A stretch of 25,438 bases of DNA. Origin: Candidatus Portnoybacteria bacterium RBG_13_40_8 (lineage in GTDB: Bacteria > Patescibacteriota > Minisyncoccia > RBG-13-40-8-A). Position 1 is the stretch's first letter. Every line of letters starts with the position of its first letter. The position numbers and the translations under genes were made by a program. A model generated the notes under the pieces. It worked only from the letters and a program-made list of their open reading frames with translations, did not search any database and was not told the DNA's origin. Below, in pieces: positions 1 through 9,016 of this stretch. Where the stretch lies: positions 1 through 25,438 of the forward strand of contig MHMT01000006.1 of assembly GCA_001819435.1 (NCBI GenBank), written 5' to 3'.

Positions 1-744
1 GTGTCTGTTTTAATCTTTGCCGGTATTATTGCTAGAATTCCTTCGGATATTCGTCAGGCAATCGCCACCTATACACCAGCTCAATTACCTGCCTATATTG
101 GTTTTATTGTAGTGGCGATTTTGGTAATAGCAGGCGTGGTAATTATTAATGAAGGCCAGAGAAATATCCCCATTGCTTATGCCAAAAGAATAAGAGGGAG
201 AAGAATGTATGGTGGTTTTTCTACGCATTTGCCCCTAAGAGTTAACCAGGCCGGCGTAATTCCGATAATTTTCGCTTTATCAATTATGCTTTTTCCGGGA
301 ATGATTGCCAAGTTTCTTTCTGCTGTGCCAAATCAATTTATTGCCAAAGGAGCCCAGGTTGTCGGCGGTATTTTTGATAATCAGCTTATTTATATGATTG
401 TTTATTTTGTATTGGTTGTTGTTTTTACCTTCTTTTATACGGCAGTAACTTTTGATCCTAAGGCAATTGCAGAAAATGTTCAGAAGCAGGGTGGATTTGT
501 TCCGGGAATCAGGCCAGGTGAAAACACGGCCAGCTTTTTCTATCATATTTTAAACAGGATTACTTTGGTTGGCGCCTTGTTCTTAGGCGTTATCGCGGTC
601 TTGCCAGCGGTTTTGACAATGGCTAGTGGGATCCAGGCTTTAAGCATTGGCGGAACAGCGGTTTTAATCGTGGTTTCCGTGGTTCTGGAAACAATGAAAC
701 AGGTAGAATCACAATTAGTAATGCGCGATTATGAAGGATTCTAA
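1..744 (+). CDS. secY: Preprotein translocase subunit SecY, C-terminal part (5' end outside window)
   Basis: ORF open from base 1. The translation is multi-TM with typical SecY C-terminal helices. It is followed by adk and map, the conserved secY-adk-map order at the end of the spc operon. Confidence 0.88.
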   Translation: MSVLIFAGIIARIPSDIRQAIATYTPAQLPAYIGFIVVAILVIAGVVIINEGQRNIPIAYAKRIRGRRMYGGFSTHLPLRVNQAGVIPIIFALSIMLFPGMIAKFLSAVPNQFIAKGAQVVGGIFDNQLIYMIVYFVLVVVFTFFYTAVTFDPKAIAENVQKQGGFVPGIRPGENTASFFYHILNRITLVGALFLGVIAVLPAVLTMASGIQALSIGGTAVLIVVSVVLETMKQVESQLVMRDYEGF

Positions 745-1336
745 AAATTTAAATTTTATCATCATTGGTCCACCTGGTTCTGGCAAAGGAACACAAGCCA
801 AGCTTTTGTTAAAAAAATTTAGGAGTTTACATTATGTTTATCCCGGAGAAATTTTTAGAAAATTATTCAAGGCAAATACTGATGCTGGAAATAGAATGAA
901 AAAAATTGGAGAAAGTGGTGGACTACAACCAGAAGACTTGGCTACGACTCTCTGGATGTATAAAATTTCTTTTAATGTTAAGGAAAAACAAGGTTTTCTG
1001 CTTGATGGTTCTCCGAGAAAAATTAAAGAAGCGGAATCTCTCTATAATTTTTTAAAATTTTTAAACAGAGTTAAAACTACAATATTATTTGTGCTCAGTA
1101 TTTCCGAAAAAGAAAGTTATAAAAGATTAGTTAAAAGAGTAGACGCCGTAACGGGCAAAGAAATAAAAAGAGCCGATGACGACAGAAAAAAAATAAATTT
1201 AAGATGGAATTTATACAAAAAAGAAACAATACCAGCAATCAATTATATGAAAAAGAGAGGATGTAAAGTTGTTAAAATCAATGGTGAACAATCAATTGAG
1301 AAAGTTTTTAAAGATATTTTAAGGGCAATTAAATGA
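731..1336 (+). CDS. adk: Adenylate kinase (short LID, no zinc cysteines)
   Basis: P-loop IIIGPPGSGKGTQA at the N-terminus. Position between secY and map. Overlaps secY by 14 nt and map by 4 nt (ATGA). Confidence 0.9.
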   Translation: MKDSKNLNFIIIGPPGSGKGTQAKLLLKKFRSLHYVYPGEIFRKLFKANTDAGNRMKKIGESGGLQPEDLATTLWMYKISFNVKEKQGFLLDGSPRKIKEAESLYNFLKFLNRVKTTILFVLSISEKESYKRLVKRVDAVTGKEIKRADDDRKKINLRWNLYKKETIPAINYMKKRGCKVVKINGEQSIEKVFKDILRAIK

Positions 1337-2079
1337 TGAATATTTATACGGAAAAAGAAATTAAAGTAATGCGGGACGGCGGAAAAATTTTGGCGAAGAT
1401 TTTAAAACAAGTTGCCAAGAAAGTTAAGCCCGGCATTACTACAGAATATTTGAATAAGGTCGCTGAAGACCTTATTTTAAAATACAAGGCGAAATCTTCA
1501 TTTAAGGGATTTGATAATTATCCAGCTGTTCTTTGTACATCGATAAACGAAGAAATAGTTCATGGGGTGCCGTCAAAAAAGATTTTAAGGGATGGCGATA
1601 TTTTAAGTTTAGATCTAGGAATTAGATATAAAGGTTATTGCACAGATTCGGCTGTTACGGTTTCTGTGGGAAAAACTAATAAAATGGCACAAAAATTAAT
1701 AAATGTGACAAAAAAAGCCCTGGAATTAGCCATTAAACAATGTAAGCCAGACAATCACTCGGAGGATATCGGTTGTGCAATCCAAAATTACGTAGAAGAA
1801 AATAAATTTAATGTAATTCGGGATCTGGTTGGTCATGGGGTTGGTAAAAACGTTCATGAAGACCCGCAGATTTTGAATTACGGCCAAAAAGGCAAAGGGA
1901 TAGAGCTAAAAGAAGGCATGGTTTTGGCTTTGGAGCCGATGACTTCAATAAATAATTATGAAATAGAGAAATGCGAAGACGGCTTCGGTTATCGCACCAA
2001 AGATCGTAGTTTATCCGCTCACTTTGAGCATACGGTAGCGATTACGAAAAAGGGGCCGAAGAATCTGACCAAGATATAA
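1333..2079 (+). CDS. map: Methionine aminopeptidase type I
   Basis: 248 aa. Pita-bread-fold metal-ligand spacing (D..D..H..E..E) and MetAP-like sequence. Located 3' of adk. Confidence 0.9.
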   Translation: MMNIYTEKEIKVMRDGGKILAKILKQVAKKVKPGITTEYLNKVAEDLILKYKAKSSFKGFDNYPAVLCTSINEEIVHGVPSKKILRDGDILSLDLGIRYKGYCTDSAVTVSVGKTNKMAQKLINVTKKALELAIKQCKPDNHSEDIGCAIQNYVEENKFNVIRDLVGHGVGKNVHEDPQILNYGQKGKGIELKEGMVLALEPMTSINNYEIEKCEDGFGYRTKDRSLSAHFEHTVAITKKGPKNLTKI

Positions 2080-2083
2080 TAAA

Positions 2084-2107
2084 AATCCCGCTTCGCGGGA
2101 TTTTTTG
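2084..2107 (+). terminator. Rho-independent terminator after map
   Basis: Hairpin aatcccgc-ttcg-gcgggatt followed by a T run. Confidence 0.75.
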
Positions 2108-2136
2108 TTTAATGAAATTGTGATATAATTTAATTA
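2105..2136 (+). promoter_or_regulatory. Extended -10 promoter (TGaTATAAT at 2121-2129) giving a leaderless or near-leaderless transcript for the GT2 gene
   Basis: TGATATAAT ends 8 nt before the ATG at 2137. No SD is present. Confidence 0.5.
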
Positions 2137-2886
2137 ATGGACAATAAAATACATTTATCAGTGATTATTCCTGCTTATAACGAGGAAAAGAGGATTGCGG
2201 CTACGCTTTTGGATATTGACAGATATTTATCTCAACAAGAATATTCTTATGAGATTATTGTTGTTAGCGACGGGTCAAAAGATAATACTGCCAATGTGGT
2301 TGAAAACACAAAGCAGTTAGTTAAGAATTTAAAATTAATTGACAATAAAGAAAATCATGGTAAAGGATTAGTAACCAAGCAAGGAATGTTGGAAGCAAGG
2401 GGCGAATATCGTTTATTTATGGATGCCGATAATTCCACTAAAATTGATCATCTGGATAAATTCTGGTCAGAATTTAAGGATAATGATATTGTTATCGGCT
2501 CAATTGAGGTAAAAGGCGCAAAAATAGATGAACAGTCGGCCTGGTATAGAAGATGGTTGGGCAGTTTTTCTAAATACATTATTCGTATTATCGCTGGAAT
2601 TTGGGAAATCCACGATTCCCAAAGAGGATTTAAGTGTTTTTCTGAAATAGCCGCGGAAAAAATATTCCCCAAGCAAACGATTTTGCATTGGGGTTTTGAT
2701 ATAGAAATTTTAGCATTAGCCAAGAGAATGGGGTTTAAGATAAAAGAAGTTCCAGTTGATTGGCACAATCCGCAGGAAAGCAAGGTTACACTCAAGTCAT
2801 ATATTCGTACATTTATGGAATTACTGAAAATTAAATGGAACCTAATTACGGACAAATACGAGCTTAAAAAACATGAAAATATCTGA
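2137..2886 (+). CDS. GT2-family glycosyltransferase (polyprenyl-phosphate / dolichyl-phosphate sugar synthase-like)
   Basis: LSVIIPAYNEE...VVSDGSKDNT...DADN motifs of GT-A fold GT2 enzymes. Size 249 aa, like GtrB/DPM1-type enzymes. Confidence 0.8.
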   Translation: MDNKIHLSVIIPAYNEEKRIAATLLDIDRYLSQQEYSYEIIVVSDGSKDNTANVVENTKQLVKNLKLIDNKENHGKGLVTKQGMLEARGEYRLFMDADNSTKIDHLDKFWSEFKDNDIVIGSIEVKGAKIDEQSAWYRRWLGSFSKYIIRIIAGIWEIHDSQRGFKCFSEIAAEKIFPKQTILHWGFDIEILALAKRMGFKIKEVPVDWHNPQESKVTLKSYIRTFMELLKIKWNLITDKYELKKHENI

Positions 2887-3949
2887 TTTTAAAAAGAAAC
2901 AATTAAGAGACGGGTTTCAAAATGTTTCGGAATTGAGACAGGATTTGGTTAGCGGAGATTGGATGATAGTGGCAACTGGTCGAGCCAAGAGACCAGATCT
3001 TTTTATTAAGAGAGAGAAAGAAAAATTTGAGCAGCCAATTTCCGAGTGTCCATTTGAAGATCCCCAAGTCACTGGGCACGGTGAGCCGCTTTTGATTTAT
3101 TATAAAAACGATAAAAGACGGCGATTGAAAGGAATTAAAAAGCTTGTAAGGGAATGGAGCTTGCAGGTCGTGAAAAATAAATATCCTTATCTAGGTCCGG
3201 GAGATTGCTCTAAGGTTTATAAAGAAGGTCCCTATACTTTAATGGATGGTGCTGGATTTAATGAGGTAATTATAACGCGCGACCACAAACAACATCTCGC
3301 ACTAATGTCGCTTAATAAGGTAGAAGAGGTTATAAAATCATATCAGGAACGCTATTTGGCTTTGATGAATCATAAATGCGTTAATTATGTTTTTATTTTC
3401 CATAATCATGGTTTAAAGGCCGGTGCCTCAATACCTCATCCTCACTCACAAATAATTGCTCTACCGGTAATTCCAGCTGATGTAAGGCGCAGTATAAGGG
3501 GAGCCAAAGAATATCACGATAGACACAGAAGATGCGTTCACTGTAAAATGCTAGAATGGGAAAAAGAAGAAAAAAGATGCGTATTTCAAAACGAACATTT
3601 TATTGTTTTTACCCCTTTTGTGCCTCGAGTAAATTTTGAATTGAGAATTTATCCCAGAGAACATCAATCTAATTTTGAAAAAATTACTGAAATTGAAAGA
3701 AAATATTTAGCCGAAGCTTTGTGGCAAGCCCTCTTTCGTCTTTGTAGGGGGCTTAAAAATCCGTCTTACAATTTTTTTATACATACCGCACCTTGCGACG
3801 GTAAAGATTATGGGTATTATCATTGGCACATTGAGATTTTGCCTAAAACAGCTACATGGGGAGGTATCGAATTGGGGACCGGGGTGGAAGTTTTACTCGT
3901 TAAACCAGAGGACGTTGCCAAGTATTTAAGAAAGATAAAAATTAAATGA
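2873..3949 (+). CDS. GalT-like nucleotidyltransferase of the HIT superfamily (galactose-1-phosphate uridylyltransferase-like)
   Basis: His-Pro-His active-site motif (IPHPHSQI). Cys/His cluster (CPFE...HG) near the N-terminus and a CxxC pair, typical of GalT-family enzymes. Confidence 0.6.
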   Translation: MKISDFKKKQLRDGFQNVSELRQDLVSGDWMIVATGRAKRPDLFIKREKEKFEQPISECPFEDPQVTGHGEPLLIYYKNDKRRRLKGIKKLVREWSLQVVKNKYPYLGPGDCSKVYKEGPYTLMDGAGFNEVIITRDHKQHLALMSLNKVEEVIKSYQERYLALMNHKCVNYVFIFHNHGLKAGASIPHPHSQIIALPVIPADVRRSIRGAKEYHDRHRRCVHCKMLEWEKEEKRCVFQNEHFIVFTPFVPRVNFELRIYPREHQSNFEKITEIERKYLAEALWQALFRLCRGLKNPSYNFFIHTAPCDGKDYGYYHWHIEILPKTATWGGIELGTGVEVLLVKPEDVAKYLRKIKIK

Positions 3950-4563
3950 TTTCGGATATTCTTGCTCAACTTGCCAATTTTATAATCAAGATTATCTCCG
4001 ATTCGGGTTATTTCGGGATTACTTTTTTGATGGCCCTGGAAAGCGCCTGTATACCGATTCCTTCCGAAGTAATTATGCCGTTTGCCGGTTATCTTGTGGC
4101 CATAAAAAAGTTGTCTCTAATATGGGTAATTATTTGGGGAGCGATTGGCAATCTTACCGGTTCAATAATTGCTTATTGGGCGGGAGCGTACGGCGGCAGG
4201 TCATTCATCTTGAAGTACGGGAAATATATTTTGTTGAAACAAGAAGAATTAGATAAGGCTCAGAGATTTTTCGATAAATACGGAAATTTAAGCATCTTTT
4301 TCTCCAGAATTTTACCGATAGTCAGAACATTTATTTCTTTTCCCGCAGGCATTGCCAAAATGTCATTTAGGAAATTCTGTTTTTACACTTTCATCGGATC
4401 TTTAATTTGGTCGGCGATACTTTCTTATATCGGGGTATTTTTAGGCGAAAACTGGGAAAGCATCGGAATATATTTTAGAAGATTCGATTGGTTAATTTTA
4501 ATTTTATTGATTGTTTTTGTTGTTTTGTTTTTGTATAAAAAATTAAGAAAAAAACAAAGATGA
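3946..4563 (+). CDS. DedA-family (SNARE-associated/TVP38) membrane protein
   Basis: Multi-TM 205 aa protein with the DedA core (LESACIPIPSE... FAGYL... RILPIVRTFISFPAGIAKM). Confidence 0.8.
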   Translation: MISDILAQLANFIIKIISDSGYFGITFLMALESACIPIPSEVIMPFAGYLVAIKKLSLIWVIIWGAIGNLTGSIIAYWAGAYGGRSFILKYGKYILLKQEELDKAQRFFDKYGNLSIFFSRILPIVRTFISFPAGIAKMSFRKFCFYTFIGSLIWSAILSYIGVFLGENWESIGIYFRRFDWLILILLIVFVVLFLYKKLRKKQR

Positions 4564-5234
4564 AGCCGTTAATCGTTGCCAATTGGAAAATGAATCCTTC
4601 TTCCTTGGCCGAAGCCAGGAAGCTTTTTAATGAAATCAGAAAAACAAATGCCGTAATTTGTCCGCCTTTTGTTTATATTTCCGCGTTTAAATACATACAA
4701 TTGGGTGCCCAGGATTGTTGTTGGAAGGAGGAAGGAGCTTATACCGGCGCCATCTCGCCGCAAATGCTTAAAGGTTTGGGCGTAAAATATGTAATCATTG
4801 GTCACTCGGAAAGAAGAATTCATTTCAAAGAAACTGATGGAATGATAAATAAGAAGCTAAAAGCAGCGTTAAATTCAGTATTGATTCCGATTTTGTGTAT
4901 TGGCGAGAAAAAAGACGAGAATCCGGAAACCGTTATTAGCCGGCAGCTAAAAGAGGATTTGGATGGGATTGCCGAAAAAGATTTAAAAAAGATAATTGTT
5001 GCCTATGAGCCGGTCTGGGCAATTGGCACGGGTGATTTTTGCGAAAAAGATGAAGCCAAAAAAGCCAGAAATTTTATAAGAAAAAAAATAGGCAATAAAG
5101 TTTTATATGGAGGAAGTGTAAATAGTAAAATTGCTAAAGATTATATTGATGTTGGTTACGACGGTTTGTTGGTTGGAGGAGCGAGTTTGAATGCCGAAGA
5201 GTTTATAAAAATTGTTAAAAATGCCCAAACTTAG
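4560..5234 (+). CDS. tpiA: Triosephosphate isomerase
   Basis: IVANWKMN, IIGHSERR, AYEPVWAIGTG and GGASL motifs. Confidence 0.95.
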   Translation: MKPLIVANWKMNPSSLAEARKLFNEIRKTNAVICPPFVYISAFKYIQLGAQDCCWKEEGAYTGAISPQMLKGLGVKYVIIGHSERRIHFKETDGMINKKLKAALNSVLIPILCIGEKKDENPETVISRQLKEDLDGIAEKDLKKIIVAYEPVWAIGTGDFCEKDEAKKARNFIRKKIGNKVLYGGSVNSKIAKDYIDVGYDGLLVGGASLNAEEFIKIVKNAQT

Positions 5235-6399
5235 AACATTGAAGGACATAAAATTGAAAAATCAACGCGCGTTGGTGCGCGTTGATTTCGATTTACCCCT
5301 GGATGAAAAAGGAAGAATTATTGACGATTTTCGTTTAAAAGAAGGATTGAAGACGATAAAATATCTGATTAAACAAAAGGCGAAAATTATTTTAATTTCT
5401 CATTTGGGGAGGCCGAACGGAAAAAAGATAAAAAAATTCTCCATTGAGCCAGTAGCAAAAAGATTGGGAAAGATTTTAAGAAAGAAAATCAGATTTTCGA
5501 AAGAAATCATTGATTGGAGCGTAAAAAAACAGATTGAAATGATGAATTTCGGCGATATTTTGTTGTTGGAAAATATAAGATTTAATTCCGGCGAGGAAAA
5601 AAATTCTCCGAAGTTGGCGGAGGAATTAGCTGAATTCGGAGATGTTTTTATTAATGATGCATTTGCGGTTTCTCATCGCGAGCATGCTTCAATTGTGGGA
5701 ATTCCCAAATTTTTGCCCTCGGCGATGGGCCTTTGCTTCGAAAAGGAGATAAAAGAGTTAAGTAAAATTTTATTCAAGCCAAAGCGACCATTGGTGGCGA
5801 TAATTGGCGGAGCTAAAATTTCTACTAAAATAAAAGTAATCAATAAATTTTTAAATATAGCTGATTATGTTTTAATCGGCGGAGCATTGGCAAATACAAT
5901 TTTTGCTAAACAGGGAATCGAGATAGGCGATTCAATAATTGACAGGGAATCTTTCGATGATGTTGGGAAAATCAATTTGAAAAATCCCAAATTATTTTTG
6001 CCCATTGATTTGGTAATATGGAATAAGAACAGAGTATATTATAAAGACGTGAGTAATCTTTTTGAAAAAGAGAGGGCGCTGGACATTGGTCCCAAAACAG
6101 TTGATTTATTCCGCGATTTAATTATGAAAGCCGAGACAGTTGTTTGGAATGGACCGTTGGGCTTAATTACTCAAAAGCCGTTTGATAAAGCTTCAAAAGC
6201 CATAGTTGAAGCGATTTCTCAAAGCGAAGTTTATTCAGTGGTTGGAGGCGGTGATACCATTGCCTTCGTCAGAAGCATTAAAAAAGAAAAAGTATTTAAT
6301 CATCTTTCAACCGGCGGTGGCGCAATGCTCGATTATCTGGCCAACGAAACCCTTCCCGGCCTAGAGGCGATAGAAAAATGCAAAAGATTTGGAAAATAA
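5212..6399 (+). CDS. pgk: Phosphoglycerate kinase (start may be the ATG at 5221)
   Basis: ISHLGRPNG, GGAKISTKI and GGGD motifs. Length 395 aa. Confidence 0.95.
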   Translation: MLKMPKLRTLKDIKLKNQRALVRVDFDLPLDEKGRIIDDFRLKEGLKTIKYLIKQKAKIILISHLGRPNGKKIKKFSIEPVAKRLGKILRKKIRFSKEIIDWSVKKQIEMMNFGDILLLENIRFNSGEEKNSPKLAEELAEFGDVFINDAFAVSHREHASIVGIPKFLPSAMGLCFEKEIKELSKILFKPKRPLVAIIGGAKISTKIKVINKFLNIADYVLIGGALANTIFAKQGIEIGDSIIDRESFDDVGKINLKNPKLFLPIDLVIWNKNRVYYKDVSNLFEKERALDIGPKTVDLFRDLIMKAETVVWNGPLGLITQKPFDKASKAIVEAISQSEVYSVVGGGDTIAFVRSIKKEKVFNHLSTGGGAMLDYLANETLPGLEAIEKCKRFGK

Positions 6400-8093
6400 A
6401 TAAAAAGGCGCCTCAGGGGTTTTTGGAGAAATTTCCCGAATATTCAAGATTGACTTTACAGCTCCTTTGGGACAGGGGATTAAAAACTCAAAAAGCAATT
6501 GACGAGTTTTTTAATCCTGATTATGACGAGGATTTACACGATCCGTTTTTGTTGAAAGGAGTGAAAAAAACCATCGAAAGAATCCGGGAAGCAGCCAAAA
6601 AACAGGAAAAAGTAGCGATTTTCGCCGATTATGATGCTGATGGGATTTGTGGAGCAGTATTGTTAAGTGAGATTTTAAAATCAGTTGAAATTTATCCCGA
6701 GATATATATTCCTGATAGAAATAAAGAAGGCTATGGTCTTAATTTAAAAGCGATTGAAGAAATCGCCAAAAAGGGCGTGAGTTTGGTGATGACCATAGAT
6801 TGCGGCATAACCGATTTTCAGGAAGTAAAATTGGCCAACAAATTGGGCATGGACGTAATTATTGTTGACCACCACGAAGTTCTCAAGAAAACGCCTTCGG
6901 CTCTGGCGATTATCAACCCCAAACAAAAAGGCGACAAATATCCCTTTAAGGAATTGGCAGCTACGGGCGTGGCCTTTAAATTGGTCCAGGCCTTTTTTAA
7001 AACCGAAGAAATGCCGATTTCGAAAGAAAAATGGCTATTGGATTTGGTTGCCATTGCCACGGTTACGGATTCAATGTTTTTATTGGGGGAAAACAGAACC
7101 TTGGTGAGATACGGTTTGATTGTTTTGTCCCGAACCAAAAGAATCGGTTTAACGGAATTGATGAAGAAAGCCAGAATTAAGCCGATTTTTAATCCCCAAA
7201 CTTTCGATACTAATTTGAATACTTATACTTTGGGATATGTCTTGGGCCCCCGACTGAATGCAGCGAGCAGAATCGACCACGGAACCGTGGCTTATCGGCT
7301 TTTGACTGCTTCCAGCGAAGAAGAAGCAAGAGAAATCGCCCAACAATTGGAAGAAAAAAACCAGGAACGGCAGAGGACAATGGAAAGAATTTTGAGAGAA
7401 GCAAGGAACAAAGTGTTGAAACATCCCAAAAGCAAAAAAATAATCTTTGAGGGAGACGAGGATTGGATAGCGGGAATAATTGGTTTGGTGGCGCAAAAAT
7501 TAACCGATGAATTTTGGCGGCCGTGTTTTATTTATCAGAAAATGAAGGACTACAGCACGGGTTCGGTGAGGGGTGTTCCTGGATTCAGCGTTATCGACGC
7601 ACTTACCCATTGCCAAAAATTATTGATAGAATACGGCGGCCATCAAGGAGCAGCCGGGTTTAAGGTTTTGAACAAAAACCTGAAAAGACTCGAAGATTCA
7701 TTGGAGAAAATAAGCAGCAAGGGATTGAAAAAAGAAGAACTCGTTCCTTATTTGAATATCGATGCCGAAGTCGAGGCGAATAATTTGGATTGGCGGACTT
7801 TTCAGGAAATCAATAATTTTGCGCCTTTTGGTGAAGGCAATCCCGCGCCTCTGTTTTTATTGAAGGGGGCAAAAGTTTTGGGAATAAGCAGCGTAGGCAA
7901 AAACGGGGGGCATCTGAAATTATTTTTAGAGAAAGAATCCAAAAAATTTCAAGCCATCGGTTTTGGCTTGGCTGATTTTTGTGATAAAATAAGAATAGGA
8001 GACCAAATTGATGTGGTTTTTGAACTGATAGCCAACGAATGGAACGGTACCAAAGAATTAGAGTTAAAAATTATTGATTTGAAGAAAGCATGA
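6378..8093 (+). CDS. recJ: Single-stranded-DNA-specific exonuclease RecJ (DHH/DHHA1)
   Basis: DHH motifs DYDADGI, TIDCGI and VDHHE, plus DHHA1 GGHQGAAGF. 571 aa. Confidence 0.85.
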   Translation: MQKIWKINKKAPQGFLEKFPEYSRLTLQLLWDRGLKTQKAIDEFFNPDYDEDLHDPFLLKGVKKTIERIREAAKKQEKVAIFADYDADGICGAVLLSEILKSVEIYPEIYIPDRNKEGYGLNLKAIEEIAKKGVSLVMTIDCGITDFQEVKLANKLGMDVIIVDHHEVLKKTPSALAIINPKQKGDKYPFKELAATGVAFKLVQAFFKTEEMPISKEKWLLDLVAIATVTDSMFLLGENRTLVRYGLIVLSRTKRIGLTELMKKARIKPIFNPQTFDTNLNTYTLGYVLGPRLNAASRIDHGTVAYRLLTASSEEEAREIAQQLEEKNQERQRTMERILREARNKVLKHPKSKKIIFEGDEDWIAGIIGLVAQKLTDEFWRPCFIYQKMKDYSTGSVRGVPGFSVIDALTHCQKLLIEYGGHQGAAGFKVLNKNLKRLEDSLEKISSKGLKKEELVPYLNIDAEVEANNLDWRTFQEINNFAPFGEGNPAPLFLLKGAKVLGISSVGKNGGHLKLFLEKESKKFQAIGFGLADFCDKIRIGDQIDVVFELIANEWNGTKELELKIIDLKKA

Positions 8094-8533
8094 AAATTAT
8101 TATTTATTGCGACGGGGGGTCAAGAGGAAATCCGGGGCCAGCGGCAATCGGAGTGGTTTTGACCGATGAAAAGGGTAGGGTGATCAAGGAATATGCAGAA
8201 AAAATCGGTAGAGCCACCAACAATGAAGCGGAATACGAATCGGTAATTTTTGGCCTACAAAAAGCCAAACTACTTTTCGGCAGCAAGAAAATAAAATTAA
8301 TGAATACAGAGGTGAGAATGGATAGCGAGTTTGTAGTTAAGCAGTTAAATGGTAAATATAAAATTTTAGATCGAAGAATTGAACAATTATTTTTAAAAAC
8401 CTGGAATCTGAAAGTTGATTTCGGCGAGGTAAAATTTACGCACATTCCAAGAAATGATAATATTGAAGCCGACAAATTGGTTAATCATGCTCTTGGTTCA
8501 AAAAGAGCGAGCGAAGGATTGCCAGGGATATAA
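8090..8533 (+). CDS. rnhA: Ribonuclease HI-like protein
   Basis: RNase H fold catalytic residues: CDGGSRGNPGP (D), NNEAEYESV (E), MDSE (D) and NDNIEADKLVNHA (H/D). Confidence 0.78.
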   Translation: MKIIIYCDGGSRGNPGPAAIGVVLTDEKGRVIKEYAEKIGRATNNEAEYESVIFGLQKAKLLFGSKKIKLMNTEVRMDSEFVVKQLNGKYKILDRRIEQLFLKTWNLKVDFGEVKFTHIPRNDNIEADKLVNHALGSKRASEGLPGI

Positions 8534-8570
8534 TTTATAATTATGAATTAGGAATTGCGAATCTAAAATA

Positions 8571-8600
8571 AAAAACAGATGAATAGACCATCTGTTTTTT
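8571..8600. terminator. Bidirectional intrinsic terminator shared by rnhA (+) and rnpB (-)
   Basis: Stem cagatg / catctg with loop aatagac, flanked by an A run on one side and a T run on the other. Confidence 0.7.
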
Positions 8601-8962
8601 GTTGTCCTAGTAAGTCTATAAGCCGAATTCTGTATCTCGCTTCATCAGCGGACGGTAATCATTTATCTAGCCCCTCGATTACTCTCGGGGTCAAGCGAGC
8701 CACCGTTTCACTGGTAGAAGATCATAATCATCTCCATCCAGATATTTGCTCTTGCACCCACCTAGGAATTTAGCCGTTTCACTCTCCGACTTTACGTCGG
8801 AGCATCGTCACTGTTCGCATCCCTATCCTTGCGCCTGCCTGACGGTAGGCGGGGACGACGGGCATTACCCGCTAGGCTGCTCCGCGTTTGACGCGGGAGT
8901 GTTCGGACTTTCCTCTCAATATTTTATCAATAAAGAGCGATTACCCAACTTACTAGGACAGT
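8601..8962 (-). ncRNA. rnpB: RNase P RNA, bacterial type A
   Basis: On the reverse strand, GAGAGGAAAGUCCGAACAC (P4 5' strand) is the complement of 8897-8915. ACAGAAUUCGGCUUAUAGAC (P4 3' strand consensus) is the complement of 8618-8637. The P1 helix GUCCUAGUAAGU (8948-8959 rc) pairs with ACUUACUAGGAC (8604-8615 rc). GUGAAACGG elements lie in the specificity domain. The region is locally GC-rich with no credible ORF. Confidence 0.85.
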
Positions 8963-9016
8963 TTTATTCTATCATAATAAATTTACAAAGTCAAATTTTT
9001 AAGCTACAATGATGAT
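8963..9016. promoter_or_regulatory. Back-to-back divergent promoters
   Basis: P(rnpB, -): TTGACT-N17-TAGAAT, complement of 8966-8994. P(sugar transferase, +): TTTACA (8982-8987)-N17-TACAAT (9005-9010), ending 6 nt before the ATG, so leaderless. The predicted rnpB TSS coincides with the P1 5' end. Confidence 0.5.

Noticed and set aside
280-546. 88-aa reverse-strand ORF inside secY, and similar antisense ORFs inside recJ, valS, tsaD and rnhA.
   Set aside because: They are fully nested antisense to well-supported conserved genes, with low-complexity translations and no start signals.
8579-9012. ORF-track ORFs of 64 and 88 aa on the + strand.
   Set aside because: They lie entirely within the rnpB structured RNA on the opposite strand. 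They have no SD or start context and give low-complexity Cys/Ser/Pro translations.
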